A stretch of DNA of 64,000 nucleotides from Bryobacterales bacterium (GCA_038215275.1 JBBQRA010000003.1:355-64354), one strand, 5' to 3'; shown: positions 37,803 through 47,234, numbered from the stretch's first letter. Notes: generated from the sequence alone by a model not told the origin. Program-made: numbers and translations.

Positions 37803-38750
37803 ATGCGCCCCCTACTCCAGCTCCTCCTTGCCATCCCGCTCCTGGCAGCCGACTCCCCCGTCGCTCCCGGCGCCAAGCCGACACAGGTCGACTCCGCCGG
37901 CGCCGGTGAAGGCCCCGTCTGGGGCCCGGACAATGCCTTATACTATTCCGGCCGGAATCGCATCCAGCGACGCGCCCCGGATGGCACGACAACTACGTTT
38001 CGCGAAAACGCCGGATCGAACGGCCTGCTGTTCGATCCACAGGGCCGCCTGATCGTCTGTGAATCGGGAAACCGCCGCATCACCAGAACCGAGAAGGACG
38101 GCGCCATCACCGTCCTCACCGACCGCTACGAAGGCCATCGATACAACTCGCCCAACGACCTCACTATCGACTCGAAAGGACGCATCTACTTCTCCGATCC
38201 CCGCTACGGCCCCCGCGATTCCATGGAGATGCGCGACTCGGCCGGCAAACTCGTCGAAGGCGTCTACCGCATCGATGGTCCCGGTAAGGTCACCCGCATA
38301 ATCACCCACGAGGTCGACCGCCCCAACGGCGTCTTCGTCACCCCGGACGACAAGACTCTCTTTGTCGCTGACAACAATAACAACACCGCCGGCGGACCCC
38401 GCAAGCTCTATCGATTCCTCCTCCGGCCAGACGGTACGGTCGACCACGCCTCCCGCCAGATGATCTTCGACTGGCAGGACGGTCGCGGTCCCGATGGCCT
38501 CAAGATGGATAAAAAAGGGCGCCTCTTCGTCGCCGGCGGACTCAACAAACCCAATCCGCCGCACGAGACCGACAAGTTCAAGGGCGGCGTCTATGTCTTC
38601 TCTCCAGAAGGCAAGCTGATCACAATGCTTCCCGTCCCCGTCGACGAAGTCACCAACTGCGCCTTCGGCGGCGCCGACCGTAAGACCCTCTTCATTACGG
38701 CTGGCGGCACCTTGTGGAGCATTCCGGTCGATACGCCCGGAGTCCGGTGA
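37803..38750 (+). CDS. SMP-30/gluconolactonase/LRE-family beta-propeller hydrolase
   Basis: GEGPVWGPD, NGLLFDPQGRLIVCE, PNDLTIDSKGRIYFSDP, PDGLKMDKKGRLFVA, NCAFGG. Confidence 0.8.
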   Translation: MRPLLQLLLAIPLLAADSPVAPGAKPTQVDSAGAGEGPVWGPDNALYYSGRNRIQRRAPDGTTTTFRENAGSNGLLFDPQGRLIVCESGNRRITRTEKDGAITVLTDRYEGHRYNSPNDLTIDSKGRIYFSDPRYGPRDSMEMRDSAGKLVEGVYRIDGPGKVTRIITHEVDRPNGVFVTPDDKTLFVADNNNNTAGGPRKLYRFLLRPDGTVDHASRQMIFDWQDGRGPDGLKMDKKGRLFVAGGLNKPNPPHETDKFKGGVYVFSPEGKLITMLPVPVDEVTNCAFGGADRKTLFITAGGTLWSIPVDTPGVR

Positions 38751-39559
38751 CCTCCCGTCGACAGCTGCTGATGGCCGCCCTGGCTCCGGCCCAGACGTGG
38801 CCCCTCGGCATCAGCCTGAAGGGCTTCCCCGGCTGGCCGCTCGATCGCTCGCTCGCCCTTTGCGCCGAACTTGGCTATTCCGGCGTCGAACTCATGGCCG
38901 GGTCGCCCCCCGTCCGATCGTTTCCGATTCTGTCAATTATGGAGGATCTCCGGCTCCCCGGTCCCGAAGAGCCCGAGCGGCTCGAAGCCAGTCTGCGGCT
39001 CGCCAAGTCCATCAGCACCCGGCGGCCGCCGGTGGTCGAAACGGTAGTCGGCGGCAAACCAGCGGAGTGGCCGGACATTCGGCCACAGTTTCTGACGCGG
39101 CTCAAGTCCTGGGCGCGCATAGCCGAGCGATACCGCGTGCCGGTCGCCATCAAAGCTCATATCGGCAGTGCGCTCCATCGTTCAGCCGATGCCGTGGCTC
39201 TCATCCGCGAAATCGGCAGCCCCTTTCTGCTGCTGAACTACGACTACAGCCACTTCCAGCTCCAAGGCGAATCCCTCGCGGAATCGCTTGCCGCGTCGCT
39301 TCCCTACACCTCGATGATCCATGTCAAAGACTCCACCGGTCAGGCGCCGAACCATCGGTTCCTTCTCCCCGGCGAAGGCTCCATCGATTACGCTGCCTAC
39401 GCCGCCCTCCTCCGCCGATACCAATATCGCGGGCCCATCGTCATTGAAGTCTCGACGCACGTGCTCCAAGCCCCCGGCTATGATCCCGCTCGCGCCGCGC
39501 GCGAGTGCGCCCTTCGACTTTTTCCCCATTTTCCCCCGTCTTTACTTAAGAACGCATGA
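38747..39559 (+). CDS. xylose-isomerase-like TIM-barrel protein (sugar phosphate isomerase/epimerase family)
   Basis: GYSGVELM, ...HVKDS..., GEGSIDY pattern. GTG at 38747 in a GTGA overlap with the upstream stop (track start 38714). Confidence 0.68.
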   Translation: MTSRRQLLMAALAPAQTWPLGISLKGFPGWPLDRSLALCAELGYSGVELMAGSPPVRSFPILSIMEDLRLPGPEEPERLEASLRLAKSISTRRPPVVETVVGGKPAEWPDIRPQFLTRLKSWARIAERYRVPVAIKAHIGSALHRSADAVALIREIGSPFLLLNYDYSHFQLQGESLAESLAASLPYTSMIHVKDSTGQAPNHRFLLPGEGSIDYAAYAALLRRYQYRGPIVIEVSTHVLQAPGYDPARAARECALRLFPHFPPSLLKNA

Positions 39560-41037
39560 TCCCTTCTGTCTCTGAAAGCCGCGCCGCGCGCACGCTGCGC
39601 GAGATCTATGAATCCGGCCGCCCCCTCGCCTATATCCGTTCGTCCGAGGAGCTTCGCATCGGCCGCCTTCTCACCGCCCTCGGCCTCCCGGTCTGGACAT
39701 GGAGCCTCACTGATGGCCTCCATCAATCGGACGGGAGCCCCGTTCCCGGCACAACGGACGCCCGCGCCGCGCTCGACTTCATCATTGCCCATCCCCACCC
39801 GGCCATCTTTCATCTCAAGGACTTCCACGAGCCCCTCCGCGACTCCTCCGCCGTCCGCCGCCGTCTCCGCGATGTCGAGTCCGCCTGCTTCGATCGCCAT
39901 AAGTTCGTCGTCATTACGTCCCCCGTCCGCTCCGTCCCCGAAGAACTCGAACGCAGCATGGTCTTCGTGGAACTCCGGCCGCCGGATGAGGTCGAACTCG
40001 CGAGCTTCCTGCACGACGAACAGCCCGACGCCCCGCCCGCCTTGCTCCCGCAGTTCGCCCGCGCGCTCAAGGGGCTGACACTTGACGAAGCCCGCTACGC
40101 CCTCCGCCGCGCCCTCGCCGCCAAACCCGAACTCTCTGCCGCGTCCCTACCCTTTCTTCTCGAAGAGAAGCGACTGCTCGTCAACCGTAGCGGCGTAATC
40201 GAGTTTCTCTCGACGCCCACCAACGTCAACGAAATCGGCGGCCTCGAAGGCCTGAAGAAATGGCTCTTCGAGCGCCAACGCCTCTTCGAACTCCGCGACG
40301 AAGTCAGTTCGGAAATCGTCCCCAAAGGCGTCCTGCTGATGGGCATCCCCGGCTGCGGCAAGAGCCTCTCGGTGAAGGCGATCGCCAGTTGCTTCCAACT
40401 GCCGCTCTATCGCATGGACATGAATGCCATCTTCTCCGGCCGCCACGGTAAGCCCGAAGTGGTCTTCTCGGAAGCCTGCCGCATGATGGAGGAAATGGCC
40501 CCCGCCGTCCTCTGGTTTGACGAAATCGAGAACGCCGTTTCCACGCAAACCGTGGGCGGAGAATCCGGTCGCATGTTCGGCTTCTTTCTCACGTGGATGC
40601 AGGAGAAGACGCGCGGCCTCTTCGTCGCCGCCACGGCCAACCGCATCGACGTGCTCCCCGCCGAACTCCTCCGCAAAGGGCGTTTCGACGAGGTCTTCTT
40701 CGTCGACCTCCCCGTCGATGACGAACGCCTGGACATCTTCCGGATCCATCTCGAACGCCGCGGCGTCCCGGTCGCTGGCCTCGATCTCACTCAGCTCACA
40801 CAGTTCACGGGCGGCTGGTCCGGCGCCGAAGTGGAACAGTGCGTCGTCTCGGCAATCACCAAGGCCAAGCTCGCCGATCGTGCCGTCAACATACAGGATC
40901 TGATCACGACCGCCGTCGGTATCGTCTCTCTCTCTCGCACTATGAAGGAACAGATTTCGAACATTCGCGCGTGGGCCTTTGAACGTGCCGTCCGCGCCTC
41001 GCCCCCGGCCAGCCGCGCTTCGAAGCCTATGATGTAA
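39556..41037 (+). CDS. AAA+ ATPase, Ycf46-like
   Basis: N-terminal non-ATPase domain of about 230 aa, Walker A GIPGCGKS, Walker B VLWFDEIE, sensor/arginine region LLRKGRFDEVFFVDLP. ATGA overlap with the upstream gene. Confidence 0.8.
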   Translation: MIPSVSESRAARTLREIYESGRPLAYIRSSEELRIGRLLTALGLPVWTWSLTDGLHQSDGSPVPGTTDARAALDFIIAHPHPAIFHLKDFHEPLRDSSAVRRRLRDVESACFDRHKFVVITSPVRSVPEELERSMVFVELRPPDEVELASFLHDEQPDAPPALLPQFARALKGLTLDEARYALRRALAAKPELSAASLPFLLEEKRLLVNRSGVIEFLSTPTNVNEIGGLEGLKKWLFERQRLFELRDEVSSEIVPKGVLLMGIPGCGKSLSVKAIASCFQLPLYRMDMNAIFSGRHGKPEVVFSEACRMMEEMAPAVLWFDEIENAVSTQTVGGESGRMFGFFLTWMQEKTRGLFVAATANRIDVLPAELLRKGRFDEVFFVDLPVDDERLDIFRIHLERRGVPVAGLDLTQLTQFTGGWSGAEVEQCVVSAITKAKLADRAVNIQDLITTAVGIVSLSRTMKEQISNIRAWAFERAVRASPPASRASKPMM

Positions 41038-41039
41038 GG

Positions 41040-42350
41040 ATGTTCCGCCGGACCTTCCTCAGCCTCGCCCTCGCCAACCGCGGCCTCCGCCTGGCTACGT
41101 TTCAAGCCGACGTTACCCCGCCCCTCGGCGCCGCGCTCTGCTACGGACTCGTGCCTCCCGCCGATACGGTCACTGATCCGCTCTCGGCCCGGGGCGTCAT
41201 CCTTCTACCAGCGGGCCAGCGCCCCATCGTGCTCTGCGCGGTCGACTGGCTCGGCATCGGCAACACCAGCCACGACCGTTGGCGCGCCGCGCTCGCCAAG
41301 GCCGCCGGCGCCACGCCGGACCGCGTGGCACTCCACACCGTCCACCAGCACGACGCCCCCGGCGATGATGCCGCCGCGTTGGCCCTGCTCCCTGCCGGCA
41401 TCCCGCTCGGCCCCGATGCCTTTGCCCGCCAGGCGGTCGACCGGGTCGCCCGCGCCATTCGCGCCGCCAAGCCGGTGACCATCACGGAAGTCACGGCCGG
41501 GGCCGCTCCCGTCGTCGAAGTCGCTTCCAACCGCCGCATCCTTGGCCCGGATGGCCGCGTTGCCTTCGGCCGCATGACCGCATGCCGGAACTCGCCCCAG
41601 TGCCAAGCTCCGGAAGGCGTCATTGATCCGCTGCTGCGCTCCATCAGCTTCTGGGCGGGCCCCCGCCGCACCGCCACCCTCAGCTACTACGCCACCCACC
41701 CGATGAGCTACTACGGCAAAGGCGCTATCTCCGCCGACTTCGTCGGTCACGCCCGAAATCAGCAGACGGATACCTTCCAGGTCCACTTCACCGGCGCCGC
41801 CGGCAACATCGGGGCCGGCCGCTATAACGACGGTTCGCCCGAACTGCGCCCCGTGCTCGCACAACGCATAGCCACGGCGATGACCGCCGCCAAGGCCGCT
41901 GAAAAGCCCGTCCCGTTCTCCGATGTCCGCTGGCTCTCGGAGTCCGTCGCCCTGCCACTGCGCGAGGGCGCCGGCTTTGCGGAATCCGAACTGACAGCCG
42001 CCATCGCCAACACGGCACTCGATTCTAAGCAGCGGGCCAACCACGCCCGCTATCTCGCCTTCTATCGCCTAACGAAAGCCGACCGCCGCATCGACCTCAC
42101 GTCCCTCCGCCTCGGCCCATTCTCCATCGTTCACATGCCCGGCGAACTCTTCGTCGAGTACCAACTCGCTGCCGCCGCCGAACGCCGCAACGAACTTGTC
42201 GCCACCGCCGCCTATGGCGACTACGGCCCCATGTATATCGGCACCAGCAGCTCCTATGCCGAGGGCGGCTACGAGACCAGCGCCGTCTCCCGCGTGGCGC
42301 CATCAGTCGAAGACGTGCTGCTCTCCTCGGTCCGGTCTCTGCTTCGGTAA
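41040..42350 (+). CDS. hypothetical protein (neutral-ceramidase-like N-terminal region, tentative)
   Basis: 436-aa ORF with protein-like composition. LATFQADVTPPLG...DPLSARGVIL...VHQHDAPG is reminiscent of the ceramidase-like family. 2-nt gap to the AAA+ gene. Confidence 0.5.
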   Translation: MFRRTFLSLALANRGLRLATFQADVTPPLGAALCYGLVPPADTVTDPLSARGVILLPAGQRPIVLCAVDWLGIGNTSHDRWRAALAKAAGATPDRVALHTVHQHDAPGDDAAALALLPAGIPLGPDAFARQAVDRVARAIRAAKPVTITEVTAGAAPVVEVASNRRILGPDGRVAFGRMTACRNSPQCQAPEGVIDPLLRSISFWAGPRRTATLSYYATHPMSYYGKGAISADFVGHARNQQTDTFQVHFTGAAGNIGAGRYNDGSPELRPVLAQRIATAMTAAKAAEKPVPFSDVRWLSESVALPLREGAGFAESELTAAIANTALDSKQRANHARYLAFYRLTKADRRIDLTSLRLGPFSIVHMPGELFVEYQLAAAAERRNELVATAAYGDYGPMYIGTSSSYAEGGYETSAVSRVAPSVEDVLLSSVRSLLR

Positions 42351-42381
42351 GGCCTTTATACTGTTAAATTGCCGCCTTAAA

Positions 42382-43024
42382 TGGAACCACGGATCCATCT
42401 GCGCGGCTACCAATCGCGATCCGCGCATCCAGGTCGTCGCCTTCAACCACGACATCTTGATCCACCGCGAGAACATCGCCATCCACTGGGAGGCTCCGTT
42501 TACTTGCCTGCTGGCCGACACAGATCGCGCCTGCCTGATCGACACCGGCGCCACGCCGGAAGCCAAAAACACTACCCACTCCGTGCCACCGTTGACGGCC
42601 TGCTGCGGCGATTGGCTCCCTTCGCGGGAAAGCGGCACTGCCGCTCACCGTCATTCACACCTCAGGCGAGGATGTCGCGCAAAACCAGGCGGTGACCCAG
42701 TTCCGGAACCGGCCGGATACGACCATCGTGCCGGTCACCCTCGACGGCATGAAACGCCACCTCAGCTTCTCCGCCTGGCCGCAAGGCACCGCCGCCATCG
42801 ACTTGGGCGGCCGCACCGTCACGGTACTCCCTACGCCGGGCACCCACAAAGACGGCCCCTCCTTCTACGACAGCGCCACAGGCCACCTCTTCACTGGCGA
42901 CCTGCTCTTCCCCGGACGGATACTGATTTCCAACGATACCGACTACATCGCCGGCCTTACGCGTCTCGAATCCTTTGCCGCCGCCCAGCCCATCCGCTGG
43001 CTCCTCGGCGCCACATCGAAATGA
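42382..43024 (+). pseudogene. MBL-fold hydrolase-like gene, copy 1, split over three reading frames and lacking the HxHxDH motif
   Basis: Frame 1: WNHGSICAATNRDPRIQVVAFNHDILIHREN...LIDTGATPEAKN. Frame 3: YPLRATVDGLLRRLAPFAGKR. Frame 2: LPLTVIHTSGEDVAQNQ...TPGTHKDGPSFYDSATGHLFTGDLLFPGR. These pieces are collinear with copy 2. Confidence 0.45.
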
Positions 43025-43094
43025 GTGCGATACCGGGAGTGCAGTACTCCACCCGCACCAATTTCAAACCGCTCCGGGAACATTCCCCGCGAAG

Positions 43095-43594
43095 TGGATC
43101 CATGGCTCCACGTCTCTCCTCGACAATCAGGACCCGCCGGTGCAGGTCCACTGGTACATCCCCCACACGGTCATCATGCGGGAGAACAAAGCTTACAACT
43201 ACGAAGGCGCCTTCATGTACCTGTATTTCCGGAACGATCGCGCTATCCTTCTCGATCAAGGCTCCACCTCGTCGCCCACCGAATGGCCGCTTCAGACAGT
43301 GTTGGATGACGTCATCGATGCGTGGTCCCGCCGCAATCAGCGCCCCGCCGGCATCGATATCGTCCTTGCCTTCAGCCATCTCCATGGGGACCATTGCGCC
43401 GGACAGAACCAGTTTCTCGATCGGCCGAACACGCGCATCATAGGCTTGACCGATCAAGAAATGCTCTCCTTTTGGGGCATGAAGCAATACCCGGATTCAC
43501 CAAGACCATCACTAGGCCAGGCATCTATTTCTCCGGCGATGTCTACCTGTGCAACCGGACCCGCTTCCGGACAACCATCCAAAAGAATCCATAA
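43095..43594 (+). pseudogene. MBL-fold hydrolase-like gene, copy 2, HxHxDH intact but 3' part frameshifted or deleted
   Basis: WIHGSTSLLDNQDPPVQVHWYIPHTVIMREN...LLDQGST...WPLQTVLDDVIDAW...AFSHLHGDHCAGQNQ (HLHGDH at 43387-43404). Similarity then continues in another frame (TKTITRPGIYFSGDVYL) with an apparent internal deletion. Confidence 0.45.
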
Positions 43595-43654
43595 TTCTAT
43601 TGAGGGAAGGCTGGCGCCGCCCGGGCTGCTTCGATATCCTCATTGCAGCCGAGT

Positions 43655-45364
43655 ATGCGTGTCCCCCTGTTCTCTCTCCTTGCCGCTGCCCTCCTTGCCG
43701 CTGCCCTCCACGCCGAGGAGCCCAACCTCATCGACCGCCATATCTTCGGCAAGATCCAGGCCGGCAGGGTCCCCGTGGCCGCGCCCGCCTCGGACTCCGA
43801 GTTCCTCCGCCGCGTCTACCTGGACGTCACCGGCCGCCTGCCCGACCCCGCCGTCACCCGCAAGTTCCTCGCCGACTCCGATCCGCAGAAGCGCACCAAA
43901 ATCATCGACTCTCTTTTCCCCGTGCTCCCCATCAGCGGGATGCGGTCGGTCAGCGAGGCCCCATTCCTCGACCGCTGGACCTATTTCTTTGACGACCTCT
44001 TCCGCAACGGCCAACTCTTACAGGAAGGCATCAACACCTTTCACGACCATATCTACAAGTCCCTCACGTTGAACATCCCTTACGACGAGTTCGTCCGCGA
44101 TCTCATCACCGTCAACGCCGTCTCCACGTGGGCCACCGGCTCGGCCAATTTCATAGCCCGCAGCCACGTCTTTGAAGGCGATGGCTACCAGATGAATCAC
44201 GAAGACACCGCCGACGAAATCGCCATCAACTCGACGAAGCTCTTCCTCGGCGTCAACCTCGAATGCATCTCCTGTCACGACGGCGCCAACCACCTCGAGA
44301 AGGTCAATCTGTGGCTGTCGAGCCGCAAGCGCGCGGAAATGTGGCGGCAAGCCAGCTACTTCGGCAAAACGTTCATCGATCCCTCCTACGGCCGCTTCCC
44401 GCACTTCCAGGTCCGCGACTCCCGTAAGGGCTATGACCTCTCCACCCGCAGCTCTCTCCGCCCGCCTCGCAATAAGAAAGCCGACGTCACACCCACCTTC
44501 CTTCTTACCGGTGAGCGGCCCCTTCCCGGCGAGAATTACCGCCAAGCTTACGCCCGCCAGCTCACGAGCCACCCCCAGTTCGCCCGCGCCGCGGTGAACC
44601 TCTTCTGGGCCGAACTCATGGGCCAAGGCATTGTCGATGGGCCCTTCGATTTTGACCTCGCCCGCCAGGACCCGAAGAATCCGCCGCCCGCACCGTGGAC
44701 GATCCAACCCTCTCACCCCGAGCTACTCGATGAACTCGCCGCCGACTTCCGCAATCACGGCTACGACCTCCGCCACCTGTTCAAACGCATCGTCTCTTCC
44801 CGCGCCTATCAGCTCTCTGGCAAAGCCCCGGCCGGTTGGAAGTCCACCTATGACTCTTATTTCGCCCGCCGGATGACGCGCCGCCTCTCCGCCGAACAAG
44901 CTTGGGACGCCGTCGCCCACGTCGCCGGGCATACCCAGTCCTACAAGATCACCTACGCCGACAAGCGCGCCGCCACCGTCATGCAAACCCGCTCGCCGCA
45001 GGACGTCGAAAAGTCGGATAAGCCCACTTTCACCGCCCTCCAGGCCTTCGGCCAATGCGACCGCTACGCCATTGAAGCCAGCCGCAAACCGACGATGGTA
45101 CAGTCCGCCATCCTGATGAACGATCGCGTCATCCGCGAACGCGTCAAGGTGGCCAAAGGCAGCCGCCTCGAAACGCTCCTCCGTGCCGACCCCGCCCCCT
45201 CCAACGCGGCCGTCGTCGAAGAGCTCTACCTCACGGCCCTCTCCCGCCTACCCACCAGGGAAGAATCGGAGACGGGCGTCGAGCTCCTCCGCGAATATCG
45301 CGAACAGGGCGCTGAAGACCTCGTCTGGGTCCTGCTCAACCGCCTCGATTTCCTCTTCTACTAG
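43655..45364 (+). CDS. DUF1549/DUF1553 domain protein (planctomycete-type PSD1/PSCyt family)
   Basis: Signal peptide. SDSEFLRRVYLDVTGRLP is DUF1549-like. ECISCHDG... and the C-terminal ...EDLVWVLLNRLDFLF are DUF1553-like. Confidence 0.82.
   Translation: MRVPLFSLLAAALLAAALHAEEPNLIDRHIFGKIQAGRVPVAAPASDSEFLRRVYLDVTGRLPDPAVTRKFLADSDPQKRTKIIDSLFPVLPISGMRSVSEAPFLDRWTYFFDDLFRNGQLLQEGINTFHDHIYKSLTLNIPYDEFVRDLITVNAVSTWATGSANFIARSHVFEGDGYQMNHEDTADEIAINSTKLFLGVNLECISCHDGANHLEKVNLWLSSRKRAEMWRQASYFGKTFIDPSYGRFPHFQVRDSRKGYDLSTRSSLRPPRNKKADVTPTFLLTGERPLPGENYRQAYARQLTSHPQFARAAVNLFWAELMGQGIVDGPFDFDLARQDPKNPPPAPWTIQPSHPELLDELAADFRNHGYDLRHLFKRIVSSRAYQLSGKAPAGWKSTYDSYFARRMTRRLSAEQAWDAVAHVAGHTQSYKITYADKRAATVMQTRSPQDVEKSDKPTFTALQAFGQCDRYAIEASRKPTMVQSAILMNDRVIRERVKVAKGSRLETLLRADPAPSNAAVVEELYLTALSRLPTREESETGVELLREYREQGAEDLVWVLLNRLDFLFY
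43676..43705 (+). repeat. perfect 15-bp tandem duplication inside the signal-peptide coding region
   Basis: CTCCTTGCCGCTGCC occurs twice back to back (43676-43690 and 43691-43705), encoding LLAAA-LLAAA. Confidence 0.9.
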
Positions 45365-45373
45365 GTCCAAGCC

Positions 45374-46735
45374 ATGACGCCATTCCACCGCCGCCACCTC
45401 CTCCGCCTCGGCGCTCTCACTGTCTCCGGCTTTGAACTTGCGCAGTTCCTGCGCCCCTCCAACGTCCACGCCCAAAGCAAGGTGACGCCCCGCGGCTCGG
45501 CCAAATCCGTCATCTTTCTGAACCTGCAGGGCGGCCCCTCGCAGATGGACATGTTCGACGTGAAGATGGGCAAATGGGCGCCCGAAAATCGCGACGTTCG
45601 CTCGACGCCCCAGGGCTACCAATTCCCCTACGGCCTCTTGCCCAAGCTCGCCGATCGCCTCGGCGACCTCGCCGTCGTCCGCTCCGCCTCCGCTTGGGAA
45701 ACCGTCCACTCCCGTGGCCAGTACTACCTGCAGACCGGCCACGCCGTCAGCCCCGCGCGCATTAAGGAAGCGCCCGCGCTCGGCTCCGTCATCGCCTACG
45801 AAGCGTTCCAACACCGCCGCTCCACCGACTTCCTGCCTCCCTTCGTTGCGATGAACTACGAGCCGTCCACCATGTACGGCCCGCTGCAGAGCGAAGGATG
45901 CCTACCCGCCGACTGCTCCCCACTCATCCTCGATCTCAAGGACCGCAACCTCCCCTTCGTCCTCGATGCGAAAGACCGCCCACGATTCGACCGCCGCTGG
46001 GAACTCCTCAAAAAGATGGACACCTCCCGCCACGCCCTCGACGATAGCTCACCGCAAGGGATGCGCCAGTTCGATAGCTTCGGCCGCGCGGTGCACAAGA
46101 TGATGACCAACCCGGCCATCTCCACCGTGCTCCAAACCACTCCGGAAGAACGTGCAGCTTACGGATCCACGCCCTTCGGCGACGCCTGCCTAATCGCCCG
46201 CAACATGGTGGCCGCCGATGGTGGCGCCAAGTTCCTGCTCGTCACCCAGCCCGGCTGGGACCACCACGGCAACATCTATGGCAAGTTAGGCAAAGGCGGC
46301 CTGTACAAGACCTGCGCCGATCTCGACGCCGCCTTCTCCGCGCTGCTGCTCGATCTACGCCGCCTTAAGTTGCTCGATTCCACGCTCGTCGTTTGCATGG
46401 GCGAGTTCGGGCGCACCCCCGGCGAACTCACCCCGCTCGCCGGCCGTGAGCACTACGCCGATACGATGTTTGCCCTCTTCGCCGGGGCCGGCGTGAAGGG
46501 CGGGCGCCTCTACGGCGCGACGGATGCCGCAGGAGCCCACATCACCGACTTCGGCTGGTCCGCCAAGCGCCCCGTCTACCCGGAGGACGTCTGCACTACC
46601 ATCTACAGCGCCCTCGGCATTGATTGGACCAAGCGCATCACCAACACGCCGTCAGGCCGGGACTTCCTCTACGTCGACCCCGCCGCCGGCACCAAGAGCA
46701 TTAACTTTCGCGAGGTCGCTGAGCTCTACTCCTAG
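45374..46735 (+). CDS. DUF1501 domain protein (sulfatase-fold, Tat-signal)
   Basis: Twin-arginine leader MTPFHRRHLLRLG. LQGGPSQMDMFD, ...GWDHHGN..., MGEFGRTP are hallmarks of DUF1501. Confidence 0.85.
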   Translation: MTPFHRRHLLRLGALTVSGFELAQFLRPSNVHAQSKVTPRGSAKSVIFLNLQGGPSQMDMFDVKMGKWAPENRDVRSTPQGYQFPYGLLPKLADRLGDLAVVRSASAWETVHSRGQYYLQTGHAVSPARIKEAPALGSVIAYEAFQHRRSTDFLPPFVAMNYEPSTMYGPLQSEGCLPADCSPLILDLKDRNLPFVLDAKDRPRFDRRWELLKKMDTSRHALDDSSPQGMRQFDSFGRAVHKMMTNPAISTVLQTTPEERAAYGSTPFGDACLIARNMVAADGGAKFLLVTQPGWDHHGNIYGKLGKGGLYKTCADLDAAFSALLLDLRRLKLLDSTLVVCMGEFGRTPGELTPLAGREHYADTMFALFAGAGVKGGRLYGATDAAGAHITDFGWSAKRPVYPEDVCTTIYSALGIDWTKRITNTPSGRDFLYVDPAAGTKSINFREVAELYS

Positions 46736-47234
46736 CCCGCACGGCGTCCCAACGCCGCCTCACCCAGCCCCGGTTCCGCTCGCGAATCCGGCGCCACATC
46801 CGGCCGGCCGCGGAGTTCCACCACAACCCATAGGCCGCTGCCCGCAGCGCCATGACTTTCTCATAGCTCCATCGAAACCACCCAATCGTCAGCAGTTGCG
46901 GCTGCGTCAATTGAAACAGCCGCGCCACGACGGCCGTCCCCGTCACCTTCGCCGTGATGATCGTCCCAATGCCCAACATCGGATGCCCACCGGCCATCCA
47001 GTAGAGCGCCAGAAACTTGATCGGCGCCAGCCCCACCGAAGGAATTCCAAACATTGCCAGCGCGCCCCACGGCGGAACACGCCGGATCCACTCTTCCATC
47101 GCGTGGAATATGGGCAGCCGGCCCAGCAGCGCCAGCAGTCCGGAAAGCTTCCACAGCGCCTCTTCGACCAGCAGGACCACGCCCGCCACAACCAGCAGCG
47201 GGTACGTGATCACTCGTTTAGAGAAGCGGCGCAC
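46701..47234 (-). CDS. hypothetical polytopic membrane protein
   Basis: 177 aa with several hydrophobic segments. GTG start immediately abuts the upstream stop (47235). Convergent 35-nt overlap with the DUF1501 gene. Confidence 0.45.
   Translation of the reverse strand: MRRFSKRVITYPLLVVAGVVLLVEEALWKLSGLLALLGRLPIFHAMEEWIRRVPPWGALAMFGIPSVGLAPIKFLALYWMAGGHPMLGIGTIITAKVTGTAVVARLFQLTQPQLLTIGWFRWSYEKVMALRAAAYGLWWNSAAGRMWRRIRERNRGWVRRRWDAVRARSRAQRPRES

Noticed and set aside
42196-44072. The 415-aa and 365-aa plus-strand ORFs as real long proteins
   Set aside because: Large parts are Pro/Arg/Ser-rich read-through. Only segments of them (plus segments in the other frames) resemble MBL-fold proteins, and the 365-aa frame runs into the DUF1549/1553 gene out of frame. 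I interpret them as artefacts of two disrupted genes.
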